Positions 26,043-45,708 of a stretch of DNA of 64,000 nt are shown here, piece after piece (position 1 is the first letter of the stretch; each line of letters begins with the position of its first letter). Source of the stretch: Thalia democratica. Taxonomy: Eukaryota. A program made the translations under genes and the position numbers. The stretch lies in contig OZ241828.1 in the NCBI GenBank assembly GCA_965202585.1, positions 40,982,001 through 41,046,000 of the forward strand, in the 5' to 3' direction. The notes beneath the pieces were generated by a model. That model made no database searches and was not told the origin of the DNA. It was given only the letters and a program-made list of their open reading frames with translations.

Positions 26043-26906
26043 TTATAATCGTTTTCTAACTCTTTTAACCTGGGTGTTGTTGCATATTCGATTGCTCTCT
26101 CTTAACTTTTTTCTGTTTGTTTTCAACTGAAAGCTTTTGCTGACCTGGTTTTGTATTACGTTTCGGTTGGTAGTAAATCTCTTTAACCCAGCCTTGCATG
26201 CAATGTAATCTTTAAAGCTGTTTTTGTGGTTTTTTGAACAAGGTGTTTTACGGCCGACTACGAATAGTGGCTTTGAAGAGACTTCTTTTCGAACAACTGT
26301 GCTTTTCTGACTTCTTACAAGTCGGTAGCTTCTCAATCTTTTCAACGCAGCCTTGTAATCTTTAAAAAGAGTTTTCGATTTGTTTAAACCATAATCTTTC
26401 TGACCGACTACAAATAGTGACTTCGAAAAAACTTTTTGAACTTTGCGTTTGTTTTCACCACAACTGTAATGAGGTCCGCACACTTCAGCCATTTCTTTAA
26501 CCTTTAGAATTCTTACTTGTTTTTCTTTTATACCAATCCAAGGATCAGAAACGTCAACTAGTGTGACCGAAACGTCATCATCAGCATTTTGGCTTTGAAC
26601 ATAACTTTTGTTTTCTGTAGCATTTTCTTTGATTGTGGTTGTTTGAACACTGGACGGGAAAGATACTTTCCACTCATGTCGTCTTTTTAACTCATTTGGC
26701 AGGTCTTCCTCGTTTGCATGATCGAGTGTAGGAGTATCGAAATTGAATCTTGTAAATTTCAAAACTAGCCTTTTACGTTTAGCTCGATCTTTATCTGTAG
26801 TAATTCTTTTGCTGCCTCTTTCACATATTCTAGGTGTCGCTTGTGTCTCATCTGTACGTTTTAGCATTTCACCCGAAAAAATCATAGAATTTTGAATAGA
26901 AAACAT
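26043..26906 (-). CDS. ORF-X copy 2, uncharacterised basic protein (287 aa from first ATG)
   Basis: An 864-bp open frame in very AT-rich DNA, conserved in 4 copies, with an internal repeat (KPLFVVG...FKDY). No family recognised. Could instead be a terminal exon (TATTACAG acceptor-like sequence just upstream). Confidence 0.7.
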   Translation of the reverse strand: MFSIQNSMIFSGEMLKRTDETQATPRICERGSKRITTDKDRAKRKRLVLKFTRFNFDTPTLDHANEEDLPNELKRRHEWKVSFPSSVQTTTIKENATENKSYVQSQNADDDVSVTLVDVSDPWIGIKEKQVRILKVKEMAEVCGPHYSCGENKRKVQKVFSKSLFVVGQKDYGLNKSKTLFKDYKAALKRLRSYRLVRSQKSTVVRKEVSSKPLFVVGRKTPCSKNHKNSFKDYIACKAGLKRFTTNRNVIQNQVSKSFQLKTNRKKLRESNRICNNTQVKRVRKRL

Positions 26907-29168
26907 GGTATCACTGTAATAGGTTGCAAAATTAGACAAGTATAAAATACAAGCTACTTTTGATTTTGTACTTTTAATTAAAAATGAATTTTTAACATAA
27001 CTATTCGACTGACGTCACAAACAAACTTACTAGATAGCTCCAAATGCATAGTTACAGTATTGCTAAAATTAATACTTTTGTATGATAAACTAATGCAACT
27101 TTGCAAGTCATCGCTTTAAAACGTTTGTTCCAAAATAAGGGAGTATTTCAGATATTTTTCTTGACTTAACAACTTCAACACATAATTGTTTCTTTATTCT
27201 ATGTTCTTAAAGCATATATTATATAGCATTGTGTAGCTGAATTATTCAGCTTGAAAACCTTGTTATTTTTTTGAGTCAAAGTTGATTGGGTTGGTGCTAG
27301 AATCAATAGAAAAAGTTAGATATTTTGGATCTTTCTTAGTTAATTTCACATATCTCAAAATTTACATACTAAATTTGATAAACATTTTGTAAATATAGTT
27401 GAGGTTACAAATTCTAATGTATAATGTTCCAATAATTTAAAGAAACTTATGTTTTTCGGAATACTGTTAATTTTAACCTTTTTAATTTTTGTCATTGATT
27501 AAGGTCTTTTAGCTGGTTTATAAAGTATAATATTAATTAAGAGACACTGAACAAATAATACTTGTTCGTTAGACAAATACAATTAAAAAAATGTTTTTGA
27601 AAATAGATTGTATCTTTTTTTGGATATACTACCAAAACTAAAAAAAAAAACAAAATTATCTAACTTTTTTCAGTTTCTGTATCATGTCTTCTAAAAAAAA
27701 AAGAATAGTTTCATTATCTAAAAAAAATATAATGCTTTATAAAATGGTCTTATTTGATTAGTGTTTTTTAATTTTTTTAAAGTAGAATATTTTTTGAACA
27801 TGCTAAAAGACCCTAATTAAAGACAAAAACTGAAAGTATAAATTTGAGAGATGATTCATTCAAAAACATTTTTATTAAGCAAACAAATAAAATCGATTTC
27901 AACTAACAGTTATCAATTACTTTTGTTAGCAACTAATTTAAAAATTAAGTATTGAGTATGTATGTAAACAGTTAGAGGTTTCATGAGAAATTATTCAACT
28001 AATACCAGTTAACATAATTAAGAAAAATTAATTAGAAATAGATTAATAGTTTATAATTACATAATTATAAATAAATTACTTAGTAAAACTTATAAAAGTA
28101 AAACAAACAATAAATATAATAAAATAAGAGACAAACAACAATCATAACTATTTATAAAGATTAGATTTATAAACGTACTTTTGCTTGCACAAATTAGATT
28201 TAAAAGTTTACATAATTTGATTAACATTTTGTAAATATGGTTGAGGTTAGAAACTCTACTGCATAATGTTCCAATAACTTAAAAAAATTATGTTTTTCGG
28301 AATACTGTTAATTTTAACGTTTTCAATTTTTGTCTTTGATTAAGGTCTTATAATGTTAGAAAATAAAGATAATAAAAATTTATATGTTTTTTTTTTTTAA
28401 ATACGTAGACAAAATAAAATAAAGTCAAAACGTCCCACTTTTTCTATGGGATCTAACAATGACCCAATGAATTGTTGTATATTAATATTTTTAAAAGTTT
28501 TTTTAATTAAAATGAAATATATTTACACAGTTGCAAAAAAAATCAAAAAATACAGTTTTATATAAAAAGTGTAACACAAATAACAATAATGTGAAAGATA
28601 AAGATTGTCTTTGTTTAGTATTTAAATCAGTTATCATTTTGTAAAACCTTGATTTTATATCTTTTTTTATTTAAAACTGTGTAAGCTTTTTTTATAACCT
28701 TCTTTTTTATACATATTATTGTTCTTACGCTCAGCTATTAAAGCAGTTGTTTTTCTTAAAAAATTGTAATATTAATGTTGCTTTTTACTGTAAAACTTAC
28801 TTTGATTACATTTCAGTAATTATTTTTTTTTACTTATAAGCGACTAATAAAACTAGTGTGTTTTTAAAAACTATTATAACACATTGCAAATTTATAGGTT
28901 ATTAGACGTCATTTCGACTTTTCATCAGTCATTATCAATTACAAAACTGTACAAAATAACTAGAAATTAGTGTTAAACAACTAATTATATAAGAAAAATT
29001 AATTATTTAGATATATATGTGGAAACAGTTAAATATTAAAATTATAAATTACAGTAAAACTACAGGTTACATAAATATTTATTCATGGTGTCGCAGTACT
29101 CACGCGATTAATTTATTTAAAAGCGGATGTTGTAAACTGTTATAGGTACTTAGTGTATCTGTATGATG

Positions 29169-30215
29169 CTTCAATGTTAAATAGTTTTTTTTTCAATGTT
29201 CCCATAAAGTAATTTGCTACAGTAGAAGCTAACGGGTTTCCCATACTTACACCATCTATTTGTGCGAATAATTTCTTAATATACTGAAATAAGCCTCCAG
29301 TAAATATTGATCGTGTTTGATTTTTGTATGGTATTATCAGGTACTTCATCGGTAATCATCTGTAATTGGTACATTAGTGAATAATAAAGCTTCGCCAGAG
29401 CTAATACAGTAGTCACCATCTTTACGTTTGTATTTAGAGAGTTTTTCTAAAAATTCTTTATTATTTTCTACACAATATTGTTTTGGAATATGTGGTTTGG
29501 TTATTTTATTAAAATATTTTGCAAAGTTGTATGACGTTGGATTTAACATTGATACAATAGGTCTCAATGGGTGTTGTTCTTTATGTACTTTACACGTTCC
29601 ATACTATTTACCAGTCGAGTTACCACCCGTAATTAGACTGATATATGTCTTTTTGTCTATATGAGGCTTGAGGTTTTGTTTTATTATTTCTCTTATGTGT
29701 TGGATTCTCCTTCTTAGGGGGTGTCTGGAGCTTTTTCTATTGTCTTTTTCTACTAATTGAAACTTAGTCTTATCTTCAACAATAGTATAAAGTTTATTTA
29801 GATATTCATCTTTTGAGATCAAGCAAATACCATTTTTTTTGTCATGTTTATTAATTTTTATATTTGTCTTATTTTTCAAATTAAAAAGAGTTTTGCGGAA
29901 TTCTTGTTTTTTTTCCTATTTTGACATATTTGCTTGCTTTTATTGAGAAATGTTCTTCTTAATCCATTATTTTCATACTTGTTGTTGAAAGGTTATCTTT
30001 TCATTAAAGCATTTTTTAACTAACTGTTCAATTTCTATTTTTATTTTATCAGCATCAATCTTTTTTGTTAGAAAATGATGTTATAATCCCCTGTAAAGAC
30101 AAATTTTCTTCAATCGTTGAATTATACCTAGTTAAATTTAGTAAGCAGTTTTGGCTTCTCGGTCTTTGTCTAAACCACATCTTTTTTTCAATAAATGTGT
30201 TTTTAAACAATTTTT
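29169..30215 (-). mobile_element. PLE copy 2, RT 3' end and endonuclease deleted
   Basis: ORFs 29140, 29346 and 29604 match copy 1; homology stops at ~29169. Confidence 0.88.
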
Positions 30216-30301
30216 ATATTATTGTTTGTTTTTGTTGTTATTATATATACTTATTTAATTAAACAATTTTTTTTTTGTGTAAAAGCAATTAAAGTGTGTA
30301 A

Positions 30302-36059
<5,758 letters not shown>

Positions 36060-37185
36060 TTCTTCAGAAAGAGTTAATTTTTAATACGTATTGAATTTTT
36101 TTATATAAAATGCCCTGTTTAAAATAAACATTTATAAAAGACGGACAGTTAATTCAATATTTTACATGTGCAAAGATTTTACCTCAAACAATCAACATGC
36201 AAAATGATTAGTCTGTTAGGTTGTATTAGTATTTTTTGTAATATTAGCTCTATTATAATATAATAAAATCACATTATCATTTAATCTTACTTTACATGTT
36301 AGTAGCTAATGTATGTAATTGATAAGTACTAACTGTAAACATTTTTACAACTTCTATGAAATTAAGTAGTTATGGTTTTTAGTTTTAATAACATAAGTTA
36401 ATAATACGTGTTTTATAAAACGTAGTTCTTCGCTTTTATACTGACTTAACTTTAAAATTAGTTTCTAATTTAATGAAATTAGTTTAATTTTATTGAACAA
36501 AGTCACGATTATCAACGGAGAAAAGCTTCAAACTACATGTATTTTTATATATTGTAAACGTAAAAGCTACTTGCCTTGGAATCCAAGTTCTTTGGTATAT
36601 ATATATTCTTGTATTCTGCCCTATCGCTAGTTGTCAATATTTATGTAAGAACTAACAAACTACAAAGAGATTTTACTAAGTAAAATTTGTGTTTATTAAA
36701 GCATTCAAGTAAATTTGCTTTAATAAATTCAAACGCAAATGACTTAGGTTTTAAGGACTTAAGTTTTCTATGGGACCTAACAATGACCTAATAAATTGTT
36801 TTTATTGGGTCTTTTATTAATGCAATCTTTATTTTGATATAGTATTGTAAAGATTCCCATCAATCAGTTTGCAGGTTTATCTACCAAATTTTGGGTCTAT
36901 TGTAGTTGTCTTTATATTCAACTAAACTTCATTAATAATTTTTTTTAAATTTTTGTTGTCCACCTATAGTTTTTTATAGCTCTATTACTCATATATTAAA
37001 GCTCTGTTATAAAACATATTTATCAAAGGCATTTAAATAGAAAATTAGTCGTTGTAGCGTTTTTTATTTATTAATTTCATCTAGCTTACTACTTTCGTTT
37101 ACTCTCTATGGTTGCTTTTTAGAAAAGAAATAATGTACAAAAGTTTTAATACTCAACATTGTGCATCAACAAACTTAAGGGGCTA

Positions 37186-38638
37186 TGTAGCATAGTTGAA
37201 CTGTAGCTCATTTTATTAATAATTAATGTTCACATTACACATAAGTGTTTATACTTATATCGTTTCAGATTTATCATTGTAAATAAAGTATTTAAACCTA
37301 AGGAGTTTTTCATCATCAAAAACCGTTTAAGCTTATAATGGTTATAATAAAGTACCCAATTCATTGATGTAACTACAAGACGCTAAATTACCCATGTGGT
37401 ATATTTTGCAGACTTCTTGACTTGCACAAAGTAGAATATGAGAAGAATTCTGGGTCATCAAAAGCTTTTATAATGCCAAATTTACCTCAGCTATTTAGGC
37501 CAAGAGTTGATCAGGGGATCAGCCAAGAAACATGGCTCGCCTTCATTCGCAGGTGGGAGGTATTCAAAACTTGGTCGAACATAAGCAGCCAAAATGCAAA
37601 CATACAGCTTTTTCAGAGCGCACATGACAAACTTGGCAATCTTATGTTCGCAAATGATCCTAGGCTGATGGCTTAGTCAAAAGAATATGTAGCTAAACTG
37701 ATGGTAGCAGTCATAAAAATTGCAATTGGGGTCAAAAGGGCAGGACTTATGAACTTGCATCGAGAGCGCGATGAACCATTTAGGACATTTGCAACCCGTG
37801 TTCGCAGCAAAGCAGAAACTTGTAATTTTAAAACAGTCAGTAAGTATAAATGTGGATAGAAAAATGTGACCAGTTATAAGGAAGAAGTAATAAAAGACCT
37901 GATGCTTGAAGGTATATGTGACGATTACATTAGAAGAGAAGTTCTCAGCACTGAAGATACCTTGTCTAGGTCATCGTATGATATAATTTCTTTTATTGAA
38001 AGCATGCAATAGAGAACTCACGTACAGTATCAGCGGTATCTTACTTCCAACGTCAGAAAAATAAAAAACATCAATGTAGGAGATAAGTCTCATTACGTCC
38101 CTTGCCAGCGCTGTAAAAAGTTGTTCTATCCATTCAAAGAAAAAGCAACTAGAAATGTAAAACCTTTTAAATTTTGCTTATCTTGTTGGCGCAACCAGTC
38201 AAAGAAGGTTACTGCTGTTTAAACTCATGATAGTAGTGCTATTTCTTGTCAAAGAAGGTTATAGTTCCTGCTTTATGCAACAGGATACCCAGATAATGTT
38301 ATTACACGCTAATAAGGGAATTATGTTGAACAATATTATATTTTACAGGAAAAAATTGCGTTAAGTCAAAGCCTTAAACCATCCACGTGCATCAATTAAA
38401 GTTACTAAATACAGCACAAATAAGTTTATTAATGTTAATGCTTTAGCTGATACTGGTGCACAGTCGAGTTTTTTGGGATGAAAAGACTTTAAAGATGCTG
38501 ATTTTGGTAAGAATGATTTACTTCCTGTATCAATCACTTCAGGATGCTAATAAAATTCTTGTAAATATTTTAGGCGCTTTTATAGCTACTTTAAGTGGAA
38601 CGTGTCTAAAGTATAAGGAAATCAGCTGCAATAGTCTT
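37186..38638 (+). mobile_element. Ty3/gypsy remnant, second copy
   Basis: Collinear with 20231-21683, with the same TAG after ...PRLMA. Confidence 0.75.
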
Positions 38639-40490
38639 TAGTGATCTACCGGATCCAAGATCCGGATCTACCCAGAAACAGCCAATTTTTGCCAGGATCT
38701 GGAACCGGCCGAATCCTAATTTAAAAAAAAAGTTTGGAATCGGATCCTAGTTGAGATTTGGCCGGTTCCGGATCAAGTCAGTTTGAAATACTTTGTTTTC
38801 CGCGATCAGTTTTATTGCTTATACTATTGTGTTTGGAATATTTATTATATATAAAATTAGTCAAGCAAAGCAGATTAATTAAGTAATTCAATTATTTGTT
38901 GTAAACATACAGGTACATACATCCATTAGAGTAAAAATAGTGAATTAGTTGAGTAGTTAATTAATGAAAAGTTAGTTTAAAGTTTCTTGCAGATTTAATT
39001 CTTCTATTATTGAGTTCTATTTATAAACTTAAAATATTTTCTTTTGTTAATATAAAACATGTATTTAAATTTTGATGTGTTTCAATTTGTTAAAAGTCTA
39101 AACATTTTTAGTTTAGCTATTTTGTTCTCATTTGATTATATTAAATAATGTAAAAACTCTACACGTACAGCTCATTTAATATTTGGTTACTGAAACTTTA
39201 AGAAGCAGCAATAGTTCAACAAAATTTTCTGCGAGACAATTTATTTAACATGAAGGCTGGTATGTTGTTCTTAGAATCATCTTCAGCACTTTGTTTCATT
39301 CATACGCTTCAACTGATAATTAAAGGTTTACTCGTTTCAGAAAATAACATAAGTGTGTTAATAGCGAAGGCCCGTCAAACTGTTGGCCACTTTAATAATT
39401 CTTCTACAGCGAGCGAGAAACTAAAAAAACCCAGGTCACTTTTGGTTCATCAGTGTCAATGCAAAAAACCTTGCTACTTGTGCAAGATTTTGAAACAAGG
39501 TGGACTCAACCTACCTTTTATTCTGAAAATACTAGAAAAATTAAAAACAAGTTTCCAGAGAACTACGTGGCTAACAACAAATTTAACCCGAAAATTTTTT
39601 TTCACCTGATGAATGGAAACTAACTTAGTAGCCTCCTTAATGAGCTGCTCGAACCATTTTACTTAGTAACGCAGCAGTGTAGTAAAAACAGCGCATTGCT
39701 GTCAAGTGTAATCCCGCATGTAGCAATACTAAAAAAATATTTTGTTCATAAAGCTTATAGTCCACCAGGTCAATGTAGTTCTTCAACCTTAGCAGAAAAT
39801 ATAAAAGAGGCTTTTGAAAGAAGGTTTTAAACTACTAATAACAGCACACGAATAAACCTTCATCTTAACAACTTGTTTTCACTCACAACAGCTGTTTATC
39901 CACGGTATCGACTTAAATTTTTCCATACTAAACTCAAACAGAAGGTTGTTAAGGCTACTGAAATCAGAAGTAAAAAATCATAGTTGTTGTGAGACTGGTC
40001 AAAGTGGTCAAGTTCCTCTAGTAAGGCCTAATAAACCTAAAGCTAAAATACCTAAAAATGATATTCCCAAAAACTTTTTGTCGTTCTATTCTACATTTAA
40101 ATATAAAACAAGTGCAAACACTCACGATGTGAGCAAGAAGATTCAGTTGATCAAGAGATTGAGACAGAAATTAAGTTTTTTTTTTTTGCTGAAAAAAACT
40201 TATCTGCTGGAAAAGTTAAAGAAGCTGAAGTCTTGTCTTGGTAAAATCAAACAAGAAAAATACACACATCTTGCCAGGTTTGCAAAAAGGTATCTTTCGG
40301 CACTATCATCTTCTGTTTAATCTTAAAGGTTATTTTCAGAAGCTGGTAGCTTGTACGAACAAAAGCGAAATCAAATGCTTCCAAAAACTGGCGAAAAACA
40401 TTTATATCTTCATAACAACTTGAAAAGACAAGAGTAGGTTTCTTTGTAGCTTAATGGCGTTGATATGAGTAAATGTTATTTACTAGATTA
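38639..40490 (+). mobile_element. hAT element, same truncation as 21684-23537
   Basis: Left TIR at 38639; ORFs 39250, 39946 and 40238; identical right breakpoint (TACTAGATTA|GATAAG). Confidence 0.88.
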
Positions 40491-43074
40491 GATAAGATTT
40501 TAGAAATTTTGTATACATAATATTATGCAAATGAGGTAAAGTATAAATACAGCAGTTAATTAATATTATCTGAACCTATCCTTAACCAATTTTACCCAAA
40601 AATTTTGATCTGTATCCTTTTCAAAACTAATAACAGTAAATTAAAAGAATATATATATTTAAAACTTAAAACAAAGCTATGTAAAATTTTAGCCAATCAG
40701 AAGCACCGAGAATTTGCAGCTGATAGGATGAGCGTCGCTCTGATTCTAAATAAGACATTTGTTACTAACTAAAAGAGATCGGTATTCCCAGACTTTTAGT
40801 GTTAGCGTTTCTGAACTCTTTAATCATCTTGTATAAAACGCCTCTTCTTTAATCTTTCCTCTGCATTATCGAACTGCTGGTTTGGAGAACAAGTCAAACT
40901 TGTTTAAAAATAATAAACTATTCCGCAGCTGACGTCCATATATCGTTCTAGCTGGTGACTTAATAATCTATTTTTGAGTGTTTTTCAGATGAAGCATCTC
41001 ACCTAAAAACATACCGATATTGTAACTACAACAAAGTTGTTTTCTTATCTTTGATCTATTGTCTCATGTTTGACTTAGTTTTTCGTCTTTGAACTAATGA
41101 CTTAACTTTGACTTGAAGTCTTAACGTAGAATCAAAGACATAGTGATTGGGTTGAATAAGATAGCTCATGAAGAATAAATCCTTATTTAATTTCATTTAG
41201 ATTATTTATAAACATTAAACAATCTGTAAAAATAATAGATAATCGAACACGATAAAGTGAGCTAAATAACCCTACAGTTACAGAGTTTTGATACTAATCA
41301 TCTAATCATACACAAAATTTAAAAGGATAACGTAGATTATTAAGACAAAAAATATATTTTTGAAAGTTATTTGTATATTCCTAAAACGTTTTACTTTTAA
41401 AGCAACACAACAAAGTTTGGTAAGAGATTATAAAGATTAGGTACAAAAAAATTATAAAGAAAACTAAGCTTTGAACTTTTTAAAAGTTGAAATTAAACAA
41501 CACTGTTAAAAAAGCAGGTGTTAACCTTTGTAAAGCATTTAAAATAGTATATGTTATATTTTTTGCAGAGATAAATTAATGTAATGCCGTTTATTTTTAT
41601 GAAAAACAACTTCTGATGTACTTTTTTTTTAACCTAATGTTTTTCTTGAATACTATATACAAGCTTATACAATATTTAAGTAACACAACATTATTATTTC
41701 ATCAAAGAAATTAAAGTTTGCGTTAGTTGTATGATTTTAATTTATTTTTATTGATTATAATTGATGCACTTTAGTCAATTGGATTGAGTCTCCAGAGAGA
41801 TCTCAATTTTAAACCAATTTCAGCAGAAAGACCAACGAGCAGGCAGTTGTAAAGTTTAAAAATATGTAATTTTATTTTTACTTCAAGTTAAGAAAATGAC
41901 ATATTTTTAAACTTTACAAAAGGTGCATCCGACATAGCTAAAAGTTAGCTATGAAGCTTTCCATATTAAGAGTTGCAGCTAATGTTTATTGATAATACTG
42001 TTTACAATCTAATTTAAATTTAATTAATAAAAATTGGCTGCAACTCTTTGGAAACATAATTTCCTGTTCTTTTTAACAAAATAAACATTTCATTAAACTA
42101 AATATAACGACCCAAAAAAAACATAAGAAATATTAATAATTAAACGTCATTGATGCAAAATTTACTGTAATAAAAATGTTAAAAAGCTTAATAAGTACTT
42201 TTTTAAGCCACATTAACGGTATTAGTCTAGTTTATTTGAAGAATATTAATAAAAAGTGGTATTTAAGTTATTAACTATTTTAGTTTCAAACATAAATTAA
42301 CAAAGCAAAAAAAAAAAAAACTCTAGACAAAGAAAACGAACTTTATATAAATTTTCAAGAACAACATTTCAGTTTAATTATTAAAATAAAAATTTTTGCT
42401 TGTTTACAAAAAAGAATATTTATAGAATTATGTTACATACAATAAACATTTATTTAGTTATATTATAATAAAAGATTATTTCAAAACTGTCAATATCTTT
42501 CAAAAAAGAAAGCAAATAATAGTCAGTTAAATGTTAGATAGTAAATTCGGATCAAAGTATACTATATGATTAACAAAAAAAAATCTATTCTGAAAATTTC
42601 AAAATAATTGTATGAGTCAAACAAAATCACAAAAACAATAATTAAAAATAAATATTTTTATGAATAAAATCAACTAACAGCAATTTGAAACTAATAATTT
42701 AAACAAATTATCTATACATGACTGAAACATTATACATTAGAGCTATTAGATATATGCAGGATACAAAAGATATGTTCTAAATTATCAAAAGAAAACAAAT
42801 TAAAAACAGATCCATAAAGTTTAAATTTTATTTTAAGCTAGCTAGAAGTATTTTGTTTTATAAAATTACAACTTCAAAAAAAAAAACTATTTTAGTACAA
42901 TCACATGAAAAAAACGTTGTGTTATTGATTAAAATACATCAAAGTGAGAAAAACGTACTGAAAAGTTTATTTAAAACTTTTAATACGTATAGTGCTAAAA
43001 TTAAGTACTACTGAAGAGAGTTAAATAAAAATAACAGTGATGTAAACTAACTTGGAGCTTTTTACGATAAACAC

Positions 43075-43896
43075 TTATAATCGTTTTCTAACTCTTTTAA
43101 TCTGTGTGTTCTCGCATATTCGATTGCTCTCTCTTAACTTTTTTCTGTTTGTTTTCAACTGAAAGCTTTTGCTGACCTGGGTTTGTATTACGTTTCGGTT
43201 GGTAGTAAATCTCTTTAACCCAGCCTTGCATGCAACGTAATCTTTAAAGCTGTTTTTGTAGTTTTTTGAACAAGGTGTTTTACGGCCGACTACGAATAGT
43301 GGCTTCGAAGAAACTTCTTTTCGAACAACTGTGCTTTTCTGACTTCTTACACATCGGTAGCTTCTCAATCTTTTCAACGCAGCCTTGTAATCTTTAAAAA
43401 CAGATTTTTTTAAATCATAATCTTTCTGACCGACTACAAATAGTGGCTCCGAAAAAACTTTTCGAACTTCGCGTTTGTTTTTACCACAATTGTAATGAGG
43501 TCCGCACACTTCAGCCATTTCTTTAACCTTTAGAATTCTTACTTGTTTTTCTTTTATACCAATCCAAGGATCAGAAACGTCAACTAGTGTGACCGAAACG
43601 TCAGCATTTTCTTTGATTGTGGTTGTTTGAACACTGGACGGGAAAGATACTTTCCACTCATGTCGTCTTTTTAACTCATTTGGCAGGTCTTCCTCGTCTG
43701 CATGATCGAGTGTAGGAGTATCGAAATTGAATCTTGTAAATTTCAAAACTAGCCTTTTACGTTTAGCTTGATCTTTATTTATATGAACTTTAGTTCTTTT
43801 GCTGCCTCTTTCACATATTCTAGGTGTTGCTTGTGTCTCATCTGCACGTTTTAGCATTTCACCCGAAAAAATCATAGAATTTTGAACAGAAAACAT
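43075..43896 (-). CDS. ORF-X copy 3 (273 aa; in-frame 14-codon deletion)
   Basis: Open frame; KENA|DVSVTL versus KENAAENKSYVQGQNADDDVSVTL in copy 1. Confidence 0.7.
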   Translation of the reverse strand: MFSVQNSMIFSGEMLKRADETQATPRICERGSKRTKVHINKDQAKRKRLVLKFTRFNFDTPTLDHADEEDLPNELKRRHEWKVSFPSSVQTTTIKENADVSVTLVDVSDPWIGIKEKQVRILKVKEMAEVCGPHYNCGKNKREVRKVFSEPLFVVGQKDYDLKKSVFKDYKAALKRLRSYRCVRSQKSTVVRKEVSSKPLFVVGRKTPCSKNYKNSFKDYVACKAGLKRFTTNRNVIQTQVSKSFQLKTNRKKLRESNRICENTQIKRVRKRL

Positions 43897-45708
43897 GGTA
43901 TCACTGTAATAGGTTGCAAGATTATACAAGTTTGAAATACAAGCTACTTTTGATTTTGTACTTTTTCTAAAAATGAATTTTTAACATAACTTTTCGACTG
44001 ACGTCACAAATAAACTTACTAGATAGCTCCAAATGCATAGTTACAATATTGCTAAAATTAACACTTTTGTATGATAAACTTATGCAATTTTGCAAGTCAT
44101 CGCCTTAAAACGTTTATTCCAAAATCAGGGCGTATATCAGATATTTTTCTTGACTTAACAACTTCAACGTTTAATTGTTTCTTTATTCTATGTTCTTAAA
44201 GCATATTTTATACAGCATTGTATAGCTTAATTATTCAGCTTGAAAACCTTATGACTTTTTTGAGTCAAAGTTGATTGGGTTGGTGCTAGAACTAATAAAA
44301 AAAGTAGGATATTTTGGATCTTTCTTAGTTGATAAATATCTCAAAGTTTACATACTAAATTTAATAAATATTTTTTAAATATAGTTGAGGTTACAAACTC
44401 TACTGTATAACGATCCAATAAATTAAAGAAACTTATGTTTTTTCGGAATACTGTTAATTTTAACCTTTTCAATTTTTGTCTTTGATTAAGGTCTTTTTGC
44501 TGGTTAATAAAGTATAAAATTAATTAAGAAACACTAAACAAATAATACTTTTTGTTAGACAAATACAACTAAAAAAATTTTTTAAACGTAAATTGAATAT
44601 TTTTTTTGAATATACTACCAAAACTAAAAAAAAAAAAAATATTTATAACTATTTTCAGTTTCTGCTCATGTCTACTCAAAAAAGAATAGTTTTATTATCT
44701 AAAAAAAAGTTCAAATGCTTTATAAAATGGTCTTATTTGCTTAGTTTTTTAAATATTTTTAAAGTAGAATATTTTTTGAACATGCTAAAAGACCCTAATT
44801 AAAGATAAAAATTGAAAATAGAAATTTGAGACATGATTCGTTCAAAAACTTTTTTATTAAGCAAATAAATAAAATCGATTTCAACTAACAGTTATCAATT
44901 ACTTTTGTTAGCAACTAATTTTATAATTAAGTTCTGAGTATGTAAACAGTTAGAGGTTTCATCAGAAAATATTCAGTTAATACCAATTAACATAATTAAG
45001 AAAAGTTAATTAGAGATAGATTAAAAGTTTATAAATACATAATTATAAATAAATTACTTAGTAATTTAACTAAGATAATCAAATGTATAAATATAAAAGT
45101 AAAACAAACAATAAACATGATAAAATAAGCGACAAAAAACGATCATAACTATTTAAAAAGATTAGATTTATAAACGTACTTTTGCTCGCAAAAATAGGTT
45201 TAAAAGTTTTTATAATAATAATGTTAGAAAATAAAGATATTAAATTTTTTTTTTTTTTGAGATACGTAGACAAACTAAAAAGAGCCAAAACGTCCCACTT
45301 TTTCTATGTGATGTAACAATGACCCAATGAATTGTTGTATATTAATATTTTTTAAAGGTTTTTATAAAAATGAAATATATTTACACAATTGCAACAAAAT
45401 CAAAAAGCATATTTTTATAAAAAAAGTGTAACACAAATAAAATTAATGTGAAATATATTCTTTTTACTGGAATACTCTAGGTTAGTATTTTAGGCTTTTT
45501 CTAGTAAATATCTTGTATGTTGTCGGCTTGAGCTCATCAATACAATTCTTTTATTAATGCAATCTTTATTTTGATAGAGTATTGTTAAGGTTCCCATTAA
45601 ACAGTTTGCAGGTATGCTAATAAAATTCCTGTAATTATTTAAGGCACTTTTATAGCTACTTTAAGTGTAACGTGTCTAAAGAACAATGAAATCAGCTGCA
45701 ATAATGTT

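Larger units (their letters stand above)
38639..45708. repeat. Tandem unit 3 (~7.1 kb, truncated: hAT, block J, hairpins, ORF-X; no PLE or HSP70)
   Basis: Matches 21684-28600, then jumps at ~45545-45615 into the end of the gypsy block. Confidence 0.9.
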
